Shown: piece by piece, positions 15,807 through 27,229 of the stretch
How positions within the stretch are numbered: the first letter of the stretch is position 1
Layout: the number at the start of each line of letters is the position of its first letter
Source of the DNA: Fastidiosibacter lacustris
GTDB taxonomy: Bacteria; Pseudomonadota; Gammaproteobacteria; Francisellales; Francisellaceae
Direction of reading: 5' to 3'
Assembly (NCBI RefSeq): GCF_003428155.1
Contig: NZ_QLIR01000001.1
Coordinates: forward strand, 150,001 to 182,000
DNA length: 32,000 bases
Program-made: the position numbers and the translations under genes
The notes under the pieces: model-generated
What the model saw: only the letters and a program-made list of their open reading frames with translations
Database searches by the model: none
What the model was told of the DNA's origin: nothing

Positions 15807-17678
15807 CTATACAGTCAATTGATAAGGTACTTCAACAATGACTCGTGCCTGCCCCTTTGTTTCAGTTTTGCTAACAGACTTTAAGCCCCAGCGTAAAAGG
15901 GCTGTTTTTTGATTGTGAAGTAAGGTATGCCAGAGTTTAGTGGTTTCAGCTTTTGGTAGCACTAATACAGACAAGCCACGCTCAGGTTCAGTTAAATCGC
16001 GTCTACGAATAAATTTGATAAGTGGTTTGGTAAGTGATTGATATTGAGATTCAAGGACGATAAGCTCTTCAGGAAAGTTGAGATCACGCCACTTTTTTTG
16101 TAGTCTTTCAGTTTTATCAGGATTGATATTGATAATCACAGGAGTAACATCAGGTGAAATTTGACGGGCAAAGTTTAAGGCAGCTATTGTACCTTTATGC
16201 AATTTAGAAATGGGTACAATCACTTTTGAATGAAAATCTTTTTGTAAAAAGGTTTCAATAAGTCCAGTATCAGCACTTAAAGAAAGCTCTTGGTCAGCTA
16301 AACAATAATGGTGGTGAATACGGTAGAACATAAGGATTAATAGTGGCAAAGCGACGATGATAATCCAAGCACCTTCAAAGAACTTTGATTCAACAACCAC
16401 AAGTACGGCAATAAAGGTACAAATGCAACCAAAGCTATTAATAATGGCTTTAACCCACCAGGTTTTCACATGACGACGGCGACTATACCAGACACGTACC
16501 AAACCAGCTTGGCATAAAGTAAAAGCTAAAAATACACCGATAGAGTAAAGGGGAATTAAGGCACTTGTGTTGGCCGCAAAAACGATAATCAAAACACAAG
16601 CAAAAATAGCTAAGGCAATAATACCATTACTAAATGCAAGTCTATCACCAATATTCTGTAATTGGCGTGGCAAAAAGCCGTCTTTGCTGATCATTGAAGT
16701 CAGTAATGGAAAGCCTGCAAAAGATGTATTTGCTGCCAATAATAAAATCAAACAGGTTACGGTTTGTAAAAGATAATAAAAGAAACCATTGCCATAAATA
16801 CTATGTCCAACTTGAGATAGTAAGCTTTGATTAGTTAAAGGACGTAGCTCTAAGTTTGCCACAAGAAATGAAATTCCTAAGAACATAGATATCAGGAGTA
16901 CGATTAAAATCATAAGCGTAATTGATGCGTTTTTTGCACGTGGTTGCTTAAAAGACATTACACCATTAGCTACTGCTTCAATTCCTGTCATGGCAGAACA
17001 TCCAGAAGAGAATGCGCGAAGAATAACGGTTAGTGTTAATACACCTGTAATGGGTTCCATTAAATCTATTGCATGACTGTAGTCAACAGGTGCTAAATCA
17101 TTGGTAAAATAGCGATATAATCCTATTCCAATCATGACAAGAATCACTACTACAAACGCATAAGTTGGCCACATAAATGCAGTAGCTGATTCCTTCATGC
17201 CGCGAAGGTTCATCCACATAATGCCAATAATAGCAATAATAGCTAATAACTCTGCATATGATTGTAAAGAAGGAAGTGCTGAGGTAATGGCAAGAATCCC
17301 AGCTGATACACTTACTGCAACTGTAAGGATATAGTCAAGCATAAGTGCTCCTGCTGCCAATAGCCCCATAAAAGTGCCAAGATTTTCACGTGCAACGATA
17401 TAAGCACCACCACCTTCAGGATAAGCATCAATAGCTTGCTTATAAGAGACCCCGACAATAACAATTAAGATTGCAATAAATATCGCAATGTGCAGAGACA
17501 TGCTAAGTGCTGCAACGCCAGCTACGATTAAAACGGTTAAAATCTCACCCGTTGCATAGGCAACAGATGATAGTGCATCGGAGGAAAAAATTGCTAAAGC
17601 ATGCTTTTTTGGTAGGGCTTGTTCTTCAGCTTGCGTTTTAGGGATTGGATCACCAAAAATGATGCGCTCTAATTTCAT
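15807..17678 (-). CDS. APC-superfamily permease, KimA/YdaO-like (possible K+ or amino acid transporter)
   Basis: 623 aa, many TM segments; FGDPIPKTQAEEQALPKKHALAIFSSDALSSVAYATGEIL. Confidence 0.85.
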   Translation of the reverse strand: MKLERIIFGDPIPKTQAEEQALPKKHALAIFSSDALSSVAYATGEILTVLIVAGVAALSMSLHIAIFIAILIVIVGVSYKQAIDAYPEGGGAYIVARENLGTFMGLLAAGALMLDYILTVAVSVSAGILAITSALPSLQSYAELLAIIAIIGIMWMNLRGMKESATAFMWPTYAFVVVILVMIGIGLYRYFTNDLAPVDYSHAIDLMEPITGVLTLTVILRAFSSGCSAMTGIEAVANGVMSFKQPRAKNASITLMILIVLLISMFLGISFLVANLELRPLTNQSLLSQVGHSIYGNGFFYYLLQTVTCLILLLAANTSFAGFPLLTSMISKDGFLPRQLQNIGDRLAFSNGIIALAIFACVLIIVFAANTSALIPLYSIGVFLAFTLCQAGLVRVWYSRRRHVKTWWVKAIINSFGCICTFIAVLVVVESKFFEGAWIIIVALPLLILMFYRIHHHYCLADQELSLSADTGLIETFLQKDFHSKVIVPISKLHKGTIAALNFARQISPDVTPVIININPDKTERLQKKWRDLNFPEELIVLESQYQSLTKPLIKFIRRRDLTEPERGLSVLVLPKAETTKLWHTLLHNQKTALLRWGLKSVSKTETKGQARVIVEVPYQLTV

Positions 17679-17829
17679 GGTTAAAGTCCATTTTTTCTCA
17701 TCAATTGAGTGAATTTACACGATTTTTATTTTTTAGGCAACTTGTACAATTTTAACAGACTATATAAATTTAGATCTAACTTGATCAGTACCTATTTATC
17801 AAACCCTTTAAATATAAGCATCTTCTTTT

Positions 17830-19089
17830 TTAACCACGTTTCATAATGTTGAAAAATTCTTCATTAGTTTGTGTTTTTTTCAAGCGCTCAGTCAAGAACT
17901 CCATAGCTTGGATATCTTCCATTTCATGTAGAATTTTACGCAAAATCCAGAGTTTCTGTAGCTCCTCTTGGGTGGTGAGTAGTTCTTCACGACGTGTACC
18001 AGAGCGCGCAAAGCTAATCGCAGGGTAAACACGTTTTTCTGCAATTTTACGATCAAGATGTAGTTCCATGTTACCTGTCCCTTTGAACTCTTCAAAGATC
18101 ACCTCATCCATTTTAGAACCTGTTTCGACAAGGGCAGTTGCAATGATCGTTAAGCTGCCACCTTCAGCAGTGTTACGTGCTGCACCAAAAAAACGCTTTG
18201 GTTTTTGTAGTGCATTAGCTTCAACACCACCAGATAACACACGTCCTGAAGCAGGCGAGACGGTGTTATAAGCGCGTGCAAGGCGAGTAATTGAATCTAA
18301 AAGAATCACCACATCTTGTTTATGCTCAACCAAACGCTTTGCTTTTTCGATCACAATTTCGGCTAATTGAACATGGCGTGCAGCAGGTTCATCAAAGGTG
18401 CTTGCAACGACTTCACCACGAACTGAGCGTTGCATTTCTGTTACCTCTTCTGGACGCTCATCGATTAAGAGCACGATCAAATAACATTCTGGATATTTTT
18501 TAGCAATTGAGGATGCAATATTTTGCATCATGATCGTCTTACCAGTTTTTGGGGGAGCAACGATCAAACCACGCTGACCTTTACCAAAAGGTGCGGCTAA
18601 ATCAATAATACGCGCGGTAATATCCTCACTTGAGCCATTTCCAAGCTCCATTGATAAACGTTCTTTTGCATATTCTGGTGTTAAATTTTCAAATAACACC
18701 TTGGTACGAGCTAATTCAGGGGAGTCAAAGTTAACGCTATCGATATGTTTAACTGCAAAATAGCGTTCATTATCTTTAGGGGGACGAATTTTACCAATAA
18801 TGCTATCGCCTGTACGCAAGTTTAGCTTACGGATAAAAGTAGGGGAGACATAAATATCATCAGGCGAGGCAAAATAAGAAGTGTCAGATGAACGTAAAAA
18901 GCCATAACCATCTTGTAATACTTCTAGTACACCTTCACCATATATATCTTCACCTTTATCGGCATGTTCTTTTAAGATATTGAAAATAATTTCTTGTTTG
19001 CGTGCACGACCTGTTGCTTCGAGTCCAAGTGCGCGTGAAAGCTCCATAAGCTCGGGAATAGATCTATTTTTTAAATCAGTTAAATTCAT
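17830..19089 (-). CDS. rho: Transcription termination factor Rho
   Basis: 419 aa; [48 protein letters not shown]. Confidence 0.99.
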   Translation of the reverse strand: MNLTDLKNRSIPELMELSRALGLEATGRARKQEIIFNILKEHADKGEDIYGEGVLEVLQDGYGFLRSSDTSYFASPDDIYVSPTFIRKLNLRTGDSIIGKIRPPKDNERYFAVKHIDSVNFDSPELARTKVLFENLTPEYAKERLSMELGNGSSEDITARIIDLAAPFGKGQRGLIVAPPKTGKTIMMQNIASSIAKKYPECYLIVLLIDERPEEVTEMQRSVRGEVVASTFDEPAARHVQLAEIVIEKAKRLVEHKQDVVILLDSITRLARAYNTVSPASGRVLSGGVEANALQKPKRFFGAARNTAEGGSLTIIATALVETGSKMDEVIFEEFKGTGNMELHLDRKIAEKRVYPAISFARSGTRREELLTTQEELQKLWILRKILHEMEDIQAMEFLTERLKKTQTNEEFFNIMKRG

Positions 19090-19152
19090 TAGGAAACTCT
19101 TTGTTAGTTAAGTGAAGAAGGGGAACCCCTTCGAGTTGAACGGAATATTTTT

Positions 19153-19476
19153 TTAAATGTGTTTATCAAGGATTTGAATAAGCTGAGATTTTTGCACAGC
19201 GCCTACTTTGGTTTCAACGTTTTCACCATCTTTGAAGACCATAAGTGTAGGAATGCCACGTACACCAAATTTGGCAGGAACTTCTTGGTTATCATCAACA
19301 TTGATTTTAACCACTTTTAACTTATCACCGTAGTGTTCTGCAATTTGGTCAAGAACAGGCGCAATCATTTTACATGGGCCACACCAAGGCGCCCAAAAAT
19401 CAACAAGGACGGGTCGTTCACTGTTGATGACTTCAGCATCAAATTGATGATCAGTGATATTAAGACATTGAGACAT
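19153..19476 (-). CDS. trxA: Thioredoxin
   Basis: 107 aa; VDFWAPWCGPCKMIAPVLDQIA. Confidence 0.98.
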   Translation of the reverse strand: MSQCLNITDHQFDAEVINSERPVLVDFWAPWCGPCKMIAPVLDQIAEHYGDKLKVVKINVDDNQEVPAKFGVRGIPTLMVFKDGENVETKVGAVQKSQLIQILDKHI

Positions 19477-19914
19477 TATTGTGTTCCTTTAAGTTTTTGT
19501 ATTGTCATTAAAAAATATTGCTCGCCGATTCTAACAGAAAAGGTGCATAAGGTGAACGCAAATCCCTGCTAAATTTTTTAATTTGGATTAACGGTAAAAT
19601 CATAAAGCTGTTAACTATTTTGATATCTTACTCAAAATAGTCCTTATAGCTAAAAGCTGGAAATTGTTTCAGAATAGTTCTACCTAAGTTTCAAACACCT
19701 TTGGTGAAGCTTTCAACTGAAATCTTAGATATATCATTTAAGAATGGCAGCAAAAATACCTTGATTTTATTAATGGATCATGATTGAAAAATATCATTTA
19801 GAATCCATAATGCAAGTTCAAAAGTTGAACCATCATTAAAGTTTGACATTCAGCTTTTGAGTTCACCAAAAACCTTATTTAAAAATAAATTAAGCATCCA
19901 AAGCAAGGGTAAAA

Positions 19915-20070
19915 ATGAAAGTAGTTAGCTTGTTTTCTGGTGCTGGGGGACTGAACTTGGGCTTCAAACAAGCTGGGTTTGAGTGCATGTGGGCGAATGA
20001 ATACGATAAGACAATCTGGGAAACCTATACTGCTATTCCATTGTGGGTTGTTCGGTTTGATTTAAGTTAA
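19915..20070 (+). pseudogene. Truncated DNA (cytosine-5) methyltransferase remnant
   Basis: [38 protein letters not shown] matches the N-terminus and motif I (SLFSGAGG) of C5 methyltransferases, then runs into antisense of the topA 3' end and stops at 20068-20070. Below the ORF-track size cut-off. Confidence 0.85.
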
Positions 20071-22351
20071 TGCTGTAATCGCATTCTGTATTAGGGCAAA
20101 CTTTTTGCTCACCGTCTTTTTTTGTTGTCTTGTGCAACAAAATAGGGGAGTGACATTTAGGACATTCTTCCTGAATGGGCGGATACCAAAATGAGTTCTT
20201 ACACTTTGGAAATCCTGCACACGCATAAAATACCTTGCCTTTACGTGATTTTTTTTCAACAAAGTTATTTTTTTTGCATTTCGGGCATTGAATTCCTAAG
20301 TCTTTTGGCTTTTCCAATGGTTCCATGTGTTTACATTTAGGATACCCCGAGCAGCCAATAAACTTGCCATATCGACCTTGTTTGATCAACAGATCCGACT
20401 CGCATTCAGGACATTTTCGATCTGGGACAATCTCAGGTGCCTCCTTTTCAACGGACTCCTCATTATCTTTGACAATAGCACGTGTATAAGTACATGCTGG
20501 GTAATTGGTGCAACCGATAAAGCGTCCACTGCGACCAAGGCGAATCGAAAGCTTATGACCACATTCGGGGCAATCTTCATCCATTTTTTCATGGGTGACA
20601 TCACTTTTTTTAATGCTTTCATCAATGGAGGTAATTTGGTTGATAAAAGGCTCCCAGAATTGTTTTAAAACCGGAATCCAGTCAATTTTACCTTCTGCAA
20701 TATTATCTAGCTCATCCTCAAGTTTTGCAGTGAAACTATATTCAACATAGTGATGGAAATAATTGGTTAAAAAGCTATTAACAATCCGCCCTACATCCGT
20801 TGGTTTAAAGCGTTTTTTCTCTAAAATAACATAGTCACGTTGTTGTAAAGTAGAAATAATGGTGGCATAAGTAGAAGGTCGACCAATACCGTATTCTTCT
20901 AATGCTTTAACAAGAGAAGCTTCACTATAGCGAGGCGGTGGCTCCGTAAAATGTTGCTTCCCAATGATGTCGATGACTGGAATTTTTTCACCTTCTTTAA
21001 CTGTAGGTAAAATCAAGCCTTCGTCGCTATCAACTGATGCGTCTTCATCTTTTGCTTCTTGATAAACTGCTAAAAAGCCAGGCTTGGCAATCACAGAACC
21101 TGTCGCCTTAAAAGCATGTGCTTTGTTTTCAGTCATAAACTCAATAGCAACAGTATCCATTAATGCATGGATCATTTGGCAAGCAACCGTACGCTTCCAA
21201 ATAAGATCATATAGCTTAAGTTGATCATTCGTTAGGAAAGTCTTTAAATCTTGTGGCTTATGTAATACGGAAGTAGGACGAATCGCTTCATGTGCTTCTT
21301 GAGCATTTTGGCTTTTTGTTTTGTAGATCTGTTCTTTACTCGGCAAATGGTCTTGATCATATTCTTTAGCGATAAAGGTTCTGATTTCACTGATTGCATC
21401 TTGTGACAAACTGGTTGAATCTGTACGCATATAAGTAATTAAACCCACGGCACCTTGAGCACCTAAATCTATGCCTTCATACAACTGTTGGGCTAACATC
21501 ATCGTTTTTTTAGTGGTAAAGCCCAATTTTCTAACAGCATCTTGCTGCAAGGTTGATGTAATGAAAGGAGGCAGCGGATTGCGTCGTTTTTGCTTTTTGT
21601 CGATGCTGTGAACGATAAGCTCATCATTGGTATCTTTTTTAATAATATCAAGTGCCTGTATAGCTTGAGTTTCATTTGTAAAACTAAACTGCTCGCATTT
21701 TTGATAATTAAATTGGCTTAATTTAGCAAAGAACTTTTTACGTTTTTTAAGCTCAGCAGTAATGCTCCAATACTCTTGTGATTGAAAGCCTTCGATTTCA
21801 AGTTCACGCTCTACGATCATCCTAAGAGCTGGGCTTTGCACACGTCCAGCTGAAAGACCGCGACGCACTTTTTTCCACAAGAGTGGAGAAAGCTTAAAGC
21901 CAACCAAAAAATCAAGTGCCCGTCTTGCTTGCTGAGCGTTAACAAGCTCCATGGCAAGTGTACGTGGATTGGCAACGGCTGCGGTTACTGCAGATTTCGT
22001 TATTTCATTAAAAGCAATTCGATGCACAATTTTATTTTTCAATAGATTTGCATCGTTTAGAAGCTCATAAATATGCCAAGAAATTGCCTCACCTTCACGA
22101 TCAGGGTCTGTTGCTAAATAAATATGGTTTGCTGTTTTTGCCGCTTTTTTTATGACATCAATATGACGCTTGTTGCGTTCAATGAGCTGATACTTCATTT
22201 TAAAGTTATCTTCAACGTCAATGGAAGCTTCTTTAGGCTCTAAATCACGAACGTGTCCATAAGAAGCAAGGATTTCAAAATCACTGCCAAGGTATTTTTT
22301 AATTGTTTTAGACTTTGCAGGAGACTCTACAATTACAAGGTTTTTCGTCAT
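20033..22351 (-). CDS. topA: DNA topoisomerase I
   Basis: 772 aa; Toprim [19 protein letters not shown], active-site region [15 protein letters not shown]-terminal tetracysteine zinc ribbons. Confidence 0.99.
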   Translation of the reverse strand: MTKNLVIVESPAKSKTIKKYLGSDFEILASYGHVRDLEPKEASIDVEDNFKMKYQLIERNKRHIDVIKKAAKTANHIYLATDPDREGEAISWHIYELLNDANLLKNKIVHRIAFNEITKSAVTAAVANPRTLAMELVNAQQARRALDFLVGFKLSPLLWKKVRRGLSAGRVQSPALRMIVERELEIEGFQSQEYWSITAELKKRKKFFAKLSQFNYQKCEQFSFTNETQAIQALDIIKKDTNDELIVHSIDKKQKRRNPLPPFITSTLQQDAVRKLGFTTKKTMMLAQQLYEGIDLGAQGAVGLITYMRTDSTSLSQDAISEIRTFIAKEYDQDHLPSKEQIYKTKSQNAQEAHEAIRPTSVLHKPQDLKTFLTNDQLKLYDLIWKRTVACQMIHALMDTVAIEFMTENKAHAFKATGSVIAKPGFLAVYQEAKDEDASVDSDEGLILPTVKEGEKIPVIDIIGKQHFTEPPPRYSEASLVKALEEYGIGRPSTYATIISTLQQRDYVILEKKRFKPTDVGRIVNSFLTNYFHHYVEYSFTAKLEDELDNIAEGKIDWIPVLKQFWEPFINQITSIDESIKKSDVTHEKMDEDCPECGHKLSIRLGRSGRFIGCTNYPACTYTRAIVKDNEESVEKEAPEIVPDRKCPECESDLLIKQGRYGKFIGCSGYPKCKHMEPLEKPKDLGIQCPKCKKNNFVEKKSRKGKVFYACAGFPKCKNSFWYPPIQEECPKCHSPILLHKTTKKDGEQKVCPNTECDYSINLNQTEQPTME

Positions 22352-22505
22352 GGTTTATTCTTAGTTTTTAATTTTTTCTTTCATTTTAATTAAGCAATGT
22401 TCGATTTATATTGCTAGCGTACTTTTTGTTGGTCATATAAGAATTTGTTATATCTTCCAGCTATTATCATTTGCTAAATCTAACGATTTTAAGTCAAATT
22501 GCAAA

Positions 22506-25500
22506 CTATTTCGTGCTTAAAAGCGCAGCAGCAGCGGTAAAACCTGAGCCAAAAGCACAAAGGGCAACTTTATTACCTACTGGTCGCTGATTTAACGTTT
22601 CAGCTAAAGCAATTGGTATCGTGCATGAAGAGGTGTTTCCATAGCGTGCGATATTACTATAAAGTGTTCCCGGGAGCATTTTTAAACGTTTTTCAACGGC
22701 ATTGGAAATGCGCTGGTTGGCTTGATGTGGAATTACTAAGTCCACGCTGTTGAGTGTAATGTTGGCTTGTTGACAACATTTGTGCATAATCATTGACATG
22801 GTTTTAACCGCAAATGTGAATAATTTTTTACCTTGTAATTGTGTAAAGGCATCTTTGGCAGTTGGGACATTTAGGATATCGCCATTTTCAGCTGTTGCAG
22901 TCAATGAGATTTCGTCGATTATCGCTTTTGAGTCATTTTTGTAAGCATCACCATTGATAATCGTAGCAGTCGCTGCGTCACCAAATAGAAATGCAGTATC
23001 AAAGTCAGTTTGATCTAAACGCTTAGTCATATATTCAGCACTAATCAAAAGGACGCGTTTATTAGGTCTTGTTTGTAAGTAATCACGTGCGCTTTGTAAA
23101 GCATACAAATAACCGCTACAGGCAGCATTAATATCATAAGCAGGAATGTTTTGCTCGCCATAAGTATGATAAAGTTTCTCTAAAATCAAACATGACATAG
23201 AAGGTGAGAGATACTGATCTGGGGTGCAGGTTGAGCAAATGACCATGTCAATATCACTTAAGCTTAAATTGCTTTGTTTTAAAGCATCTTTAGCAACGCT
23301 CGCTGCAAGATCGATAATATTCTCATCTTTCGCCAGCCAAAAGCGTGATTCAATACCGGTACGATTAATAATATCCTCAGATTGATGATCAGGAAAGTTC
23401 GTCAGTAACTCATCATTGGTCACAAGCCTTGAGCCTGTTTTAAAACAAGGTGTACTAATTCCAACAGGATAGATACTATGTGGTTTGTTCTGTCTTGCTA
23501 TTTCTTCTTGGATTTTACGTATTAAAATAGGGCGTTTTTGAATTTTTTGATCATTTAGACTTCCCTCAGGCAATCTAAGTTTTAATAAATTCTCACCAAC
23601 AGTTGCGCGTTCAGATTCATTAACATAGATTTCCTCCACTACCCCATTACTTGGAGAGAGTATTTCGCCTGCAGATTTACTGGCTTCTAAATCAACCAGT
23701 TTATCCCCGACTTTAATATAATCACCAACCTTAACGTGAAGCTCGGTAATCAAAACGCTTTCATCTGAAGGACTTGCACCAATAACTTCAATATTATAAA
23801 AGCCCACATCGTTATGATTTGTCACTTCCCATTCTAATGACAGGTCAAGCAATTGGGTCGCAGCGGTTAAAATACGTTCGTAAGAGGGCAATACTTCCAT
23901 TTGATTGTCAAAATTGCAAGGCACATAAGTATCGGCACGGGTGATACGTTTTACTTTAATCAATCTTTTTGCCTGTTCTACGACAGAGGCAATAATATCG
24001 CCACCAACCCCACATGTGAAATTATCTTCATGAGTGACGATTAAGTATCCAGTTTTCTCAGCTGAAGCTAAAACTGTGCTTAAGTCATACGGTTTAATTG
24101 TGCGTAGATCAATAATTTCACTATCTATACCAACGGTTGCTAAAGTGTCTGCAACTTCTTGGCACAATGATACTGTATTTCCCCAGCCAACAAATGTAAT
24201 ATCTGAACCTGCTTTAACAATCCGTGCTTTGCCAACGGGCACGATTTGTTTATTGACATCAGTTGAAGTCGTATCTTCAATACTTGTATTGTTTAAGAGC
24301 TTTTTAGGATATAAAAATACACTGGGTCGATTAGACTCAAAAGCAGCATTAAGCATGCCTGCTGCATCTGAAGCATTAGAGGGCATATAAACATCAACTC
24401 CAGGAATGTGAGCAAATGTACCTTCATTAGTTTGAGCGTGAAAAGGACCAAGACCTGGGCGATAACCACCACAAGCTGCAAACACAATTACAGGACACTC
24501 CCAGTCACCGTTTGAGCGCCAATACATGGTTGCAAGCTCAGTAAACAGTAAGTTGTAAGCGGGTGGCATAAAATCAGCAAACTGAATAAAGGCAACGGGG
24601 CGCTTACCAGTTAGTGCCATCCCGATAGACACGCCCAAGATGGTGGCTTCGGCTAATGGACTGTTGATAACTCGACCTGGAAACTGAGTGGATAAACCTT
24701 TGGTTACACCAAAAACATCACCTTTTTCATCTTCGATGTCTTCACCCAAAAGATAAACACGATCATCATGCAATAAACGTTGGCGAAATACTTCACGCAT
24801 TGCAGCACCCATTCCAATACGAGTTTGTTGTGAAAAATCACCACGATACTCATAAGCATGTGGTAATAAATGTGCTGGCAAGGAGCGTTCAGCATTAAAA
24901 CACGCTTTAGGTGTGGTGCCTTGTAAAGCAAGTTCTACCGCGTCTTTAACCGCTTTTTTTGTATCGTTCTCTAATTGTTGTAGGAAGTTTTCTTTAACGC
25001 CTGCATTTAAAAGATATTGGCGACTTAAAGTAACAGGATCGTTTTGCTCAATACGAACAAGCTCTTTTTCATCGCGATAAATACGCTGATCATCAGCATT
25101 ACTGTGACTTTTTAGACGTTCTACTTTAAAGATAATGATATGAGGTGCACGATCTTTACGCATTTGAGCAATGATGCTTTCAATTTGCTCATGATATTCA
25201 AATGGTCTGCTACCATCAATATGAGTAATAGGAATATCATAAAATTCAGTTGGTTTTTTATTATTTGGTAGAGAGAAAAATGTTTTACCTTGAGTGCGAG
25301 TTGAAATTGCATATTCATTGTCTTGAACAACAAATAGTACAGGAAGGTTGCGACGCTTTGTCTCAGCAAATGCTTCCATTACCTCACCTTGTTGAGTAGT
25401 ACCATCACCCATTCCACAATAAACAATTGGTTGATCTATCAGACCTTTAATGCTTTGTGCAATACCTGCCGCAGGTAAAGCCTGATTGCCAACTGGAGTA

Positions 25501-25871
25501 ACAATGCTCACAATATTAAGTTTGCGTTCGCTGATGCCAATCACCATTTGGCGCCCATTTGACACACCTTCGGCTTTGCACAATGAGCTATAGAAGAACA
25601 TTGTTGCCTCGACGCCACGAGCGTGCATCAAAGGCTTGTCACGATAGTGGCAATGCAACCAATCAGAGGGTTTAAGGTATTCAGCAAAAATCGCAGCACC
25701 CTCATGACCTTTGGATGAAGCTAAAAAGTTAGCCTTGCCGCTATTGACAAGTTCGGCTTCAGTATTATCAATTTGGCGGATGCTATACATTTTTTGATAG
25801 CAGTGGATCAGTGTATTAAGCTTCGCAGTTGTTGCGCTCATGAATGGTAGTTCCTTAATTAATGTACCCAC
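22506..25871 (-). CDS. Fusion enzyme: 2-oxoacid dehydrogenase E1alpha + E1beta + lipoyl domain + beta-ketoacyl-ACP synthase III-like
   Basis: 1121 aa. TPP motif GDGTTQQGEVMEAFAETKRRNLPVLFVVQDN; E1beta GEDIEDEKGDVFGVTKGL...SPLAEATILGVSIG; lipoyl lysine in DLEASKSAGEI; KAS III Cys/His/Asn in NAACSG, IPHQANQRI, YGNTSS. Confidence 0.93.
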   Translation of the reverse strand: MGTLIKELPFMSATTAKLNTLIHCYQKMYSIRQIDNTEAELVNSGKANFLASSKGHEGAAIFAEYLKPSDWLHCHYRDKPLMHARGVEATMFFYSSLCKAEGVSNGRQMVIGISERKLNIVSIVTPVGNQALPAAGIAQSIKGLIDQPIVYCGMGDGTTQQGEVMEAFAETKRRNLPVLFVVQDNEYAISTRTQGKTFFSLPNNKKPTEFYDIPITHIDGSRPFEYHEQIESIIAQMRKDRAPHIIIFKVERLKSHSNADDQRIYRDEKELVRIEQNDPVTLSRQYLLNAGVKENFLQQLENDTKKAVKDAVELALQGTTPKACFNAERSLPAHLLPHAYEYRGDFSQQTRIGMGAAMREVFRQRLLHDDRVYLLGEDIEDEKGDVFGVTKGLSTQFPGRVINSPLAEATILGVSIGMALTGKRPVAFIQFADFMPPAYNLLFTELATMYWRSNGDWECPVIVFAACGGYRPGLGPFHAQTNEGTFAHIPGVDVYMPSNASDAAGMLNAAFESNRPSVFLYPKKLLNNTSIEDTTSTDVNKQIVPVGKARIVKAGSDITFVGWGNTVSLCQEVADTLATVGIDSEIIDLRTIKPYDLSTVLASAEKTGYLIVTHEDNFTCGVGGDIIASVVEQAKRLIKVKRITRADTYVPCNFDNQMEVLPSYERILTAATQLLDLSLEWEVTNHNDVGFYNIEVIGASPSDESVLITELHVKVGDYIKVGDKLVDLEASKSAGEILSPSNGVVEEIYVNESERATVGENLLKLRLPEGSLNDQKIQKRPILIRKIQEEIARQNKPHSIYPVGISTPCFKTGSRLVTNDELLTNFPDHQSEDIINRTGIESRFWLAKDENIIDLAASVAKDALKQSNLSLSDIDMVICSTCTPDQYLSPSMSCLILEKLYHTYGEQNIPAYDINAACSGYLYALQSARDYLQTRPNKRVLLISAEYMTKRLDQTDFDTAFLFGDAATATIINGDAYKNDSKAIIDEISLTATAENGDILNVPTAKDAFTQLQGKKLFTFAVKTMSMIMHKCCQQANITLNSVDLVIPHQANQRISNAVEKRLKMLPGTLYSNIARYGNTSSCTIPIALAETLNQRPVGNKVALCAFGSGFTAAAALLSTK

Positions 25872-26013
25872 AATTAAAGTCTTTAGGATTTAAATTAAGA
25901 GAAATATTGGTAAAGTTAATTGCTAATGTCAAATGTAAATCCTGCAAATTATATAAATCTTGGTTTTTTAATTTGTTGAAATTTGATAGTAAAACATGAA
26001 GTGGAATTATCGT

Positions 26014-27204
26014 TTAAACAACAAATCCTGCAATTAAAGCGGATAAAAAGCTTACCATTGTGGCACCAAAGACCAAGCGCCAGCCATGACGAGAAACGAA
26101 TTTAGCACGTTCTGTATCTAGCGCTTGTACGGCACCAACAATAATCCCAATTGAACCAAAGTTGGCAAATGAAACAAGGAAAACAGAAAGCACAGTTATG
26201 CTGTGTGAAGAAAAATCTGTAAGGTGATCTTTGAGATAAAGCATAGCCACAAACTCATTTGAGACGAGTTTAGTTGCTATAATGCCACCAGCTTGTACCA
26301 TATCACTTGCAGGGATACCTAAAATCCATGCAAAAGGGGAAAAAATATAGCCTAAAAGTGCTTGAAAGCTTATACCAAAAACAGCATTAAAAATGCCGTT
26401 GAGCATTGCAAGTAAGGCAATAAAACCAATCAGCATTGCACCAACGATAATGGCAATTTTGAAACCATCGAGTATGTATTCACTTAGCATTTCAAAGAAG
26501 GATTGTTTGTGTTGGCTTTGTAGAGACATTTCTTCAAAACTTCTTTCTTGTTCTTGGTTATAGGGGTTTAAGACATGCAGTACAATGAAGGTGCTAAGCA
26601 TATTTAATATCAATGCAGCAATAATATATTGTGCATCTAGGATTTGCATGTAGGAACCAACAATCGCCAAAGATACAGTAGACATTGCAGTAGCAGCCAT
26701 TGTGTACATGCGTTGCTCAGAGATTTGTGAGAGGATATTTTTATAAGCAATAAAGTTCTCAGATTGACCAAGGATCAAAGAGCTAAGTGCATTAAAGGAC
26801 TCTAGTCTACCCATGCCATTGATTTTGGACAGTAACCAACCACCACCACAAATAATAAGCGGTAGAATCTTGAAATATTGTAAAATACCGATTAAAGCGG
26901 AGACCAATACAATTGGCATTAAGACGTTGAAGAAAAAGACAAATTTATCGTTTGGTACGACTGATCCAAATACAAACTTTGTGCCTTCAGTTGCATATTG
27001 CATAATATAATCAAATCCAAGGGATATGACTTGAACGATTTCTTTTCCACCGTTAGAAGCTAATAAAAAATAAGCTACAATGATTTCAATGATGATAAGT
27101 TGAATAATAAAACGAATTTTAATATTTTTACGATTCATGCTGGCAAGATAAAGTACAATACCAATAACAGTAATAGCAAGCAAGAAGTGTAATATTTTTA
27201 ACAT
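26014..27204 (-). CDS. nupC: Concentrative nucleoside transporter family protein (NupC-like)
   Basis: 396 aa; GQSENFIAYKNILSQISEQRMYTMAATAMSTVSLAIVGSYM, MVQAGGIIATKLVSNEFVAMLYL. Confidence 0.88.
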   Translation of the reverse strand: MLKILHFLLAITVIGIVLYLASMNRKNIKIRFIIQLIIIEIIVAYFLLASNGGKEIVQVISLGFDYIMQYATEGTKFVFGSVVPNDKFVFFFNVLMPIVLVSALIGILQYFKILPLIICGGGWLLSKINGMGRLESFNALSSLILGQSENFIAYKNILSQISEQRMYTMAATAMSTVSLAIVGSYMQILDAQYIIAALILNMLSTFIVLHVLNPYNQEQERSFEEMSLQSQHKQSFFEMLSEYILDGFKIAIIVGAMLIGFIALLAMLNGIFNAVFGISFQALLGYIFSPFAWILGIPASDMVQAGGIIATKLVSNEFVAMLYLKDHLTDFSSHSITVLSVFLVSFANFGSIGIIVGAVQALDTERAKFVSRHGWRLVFGATMVSFLSALIAGFVV

Positions 27205-27229
27205 TCCCCGATCCTCGTTGTTTAAAAGG

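Noticed and set aside
24034-25369. Several out-of-frame ORFs overlapping the E1-KAS III fusion gene
   Set aside because: Lie within one long uninterrupted domain-rich ORF; no start signals.
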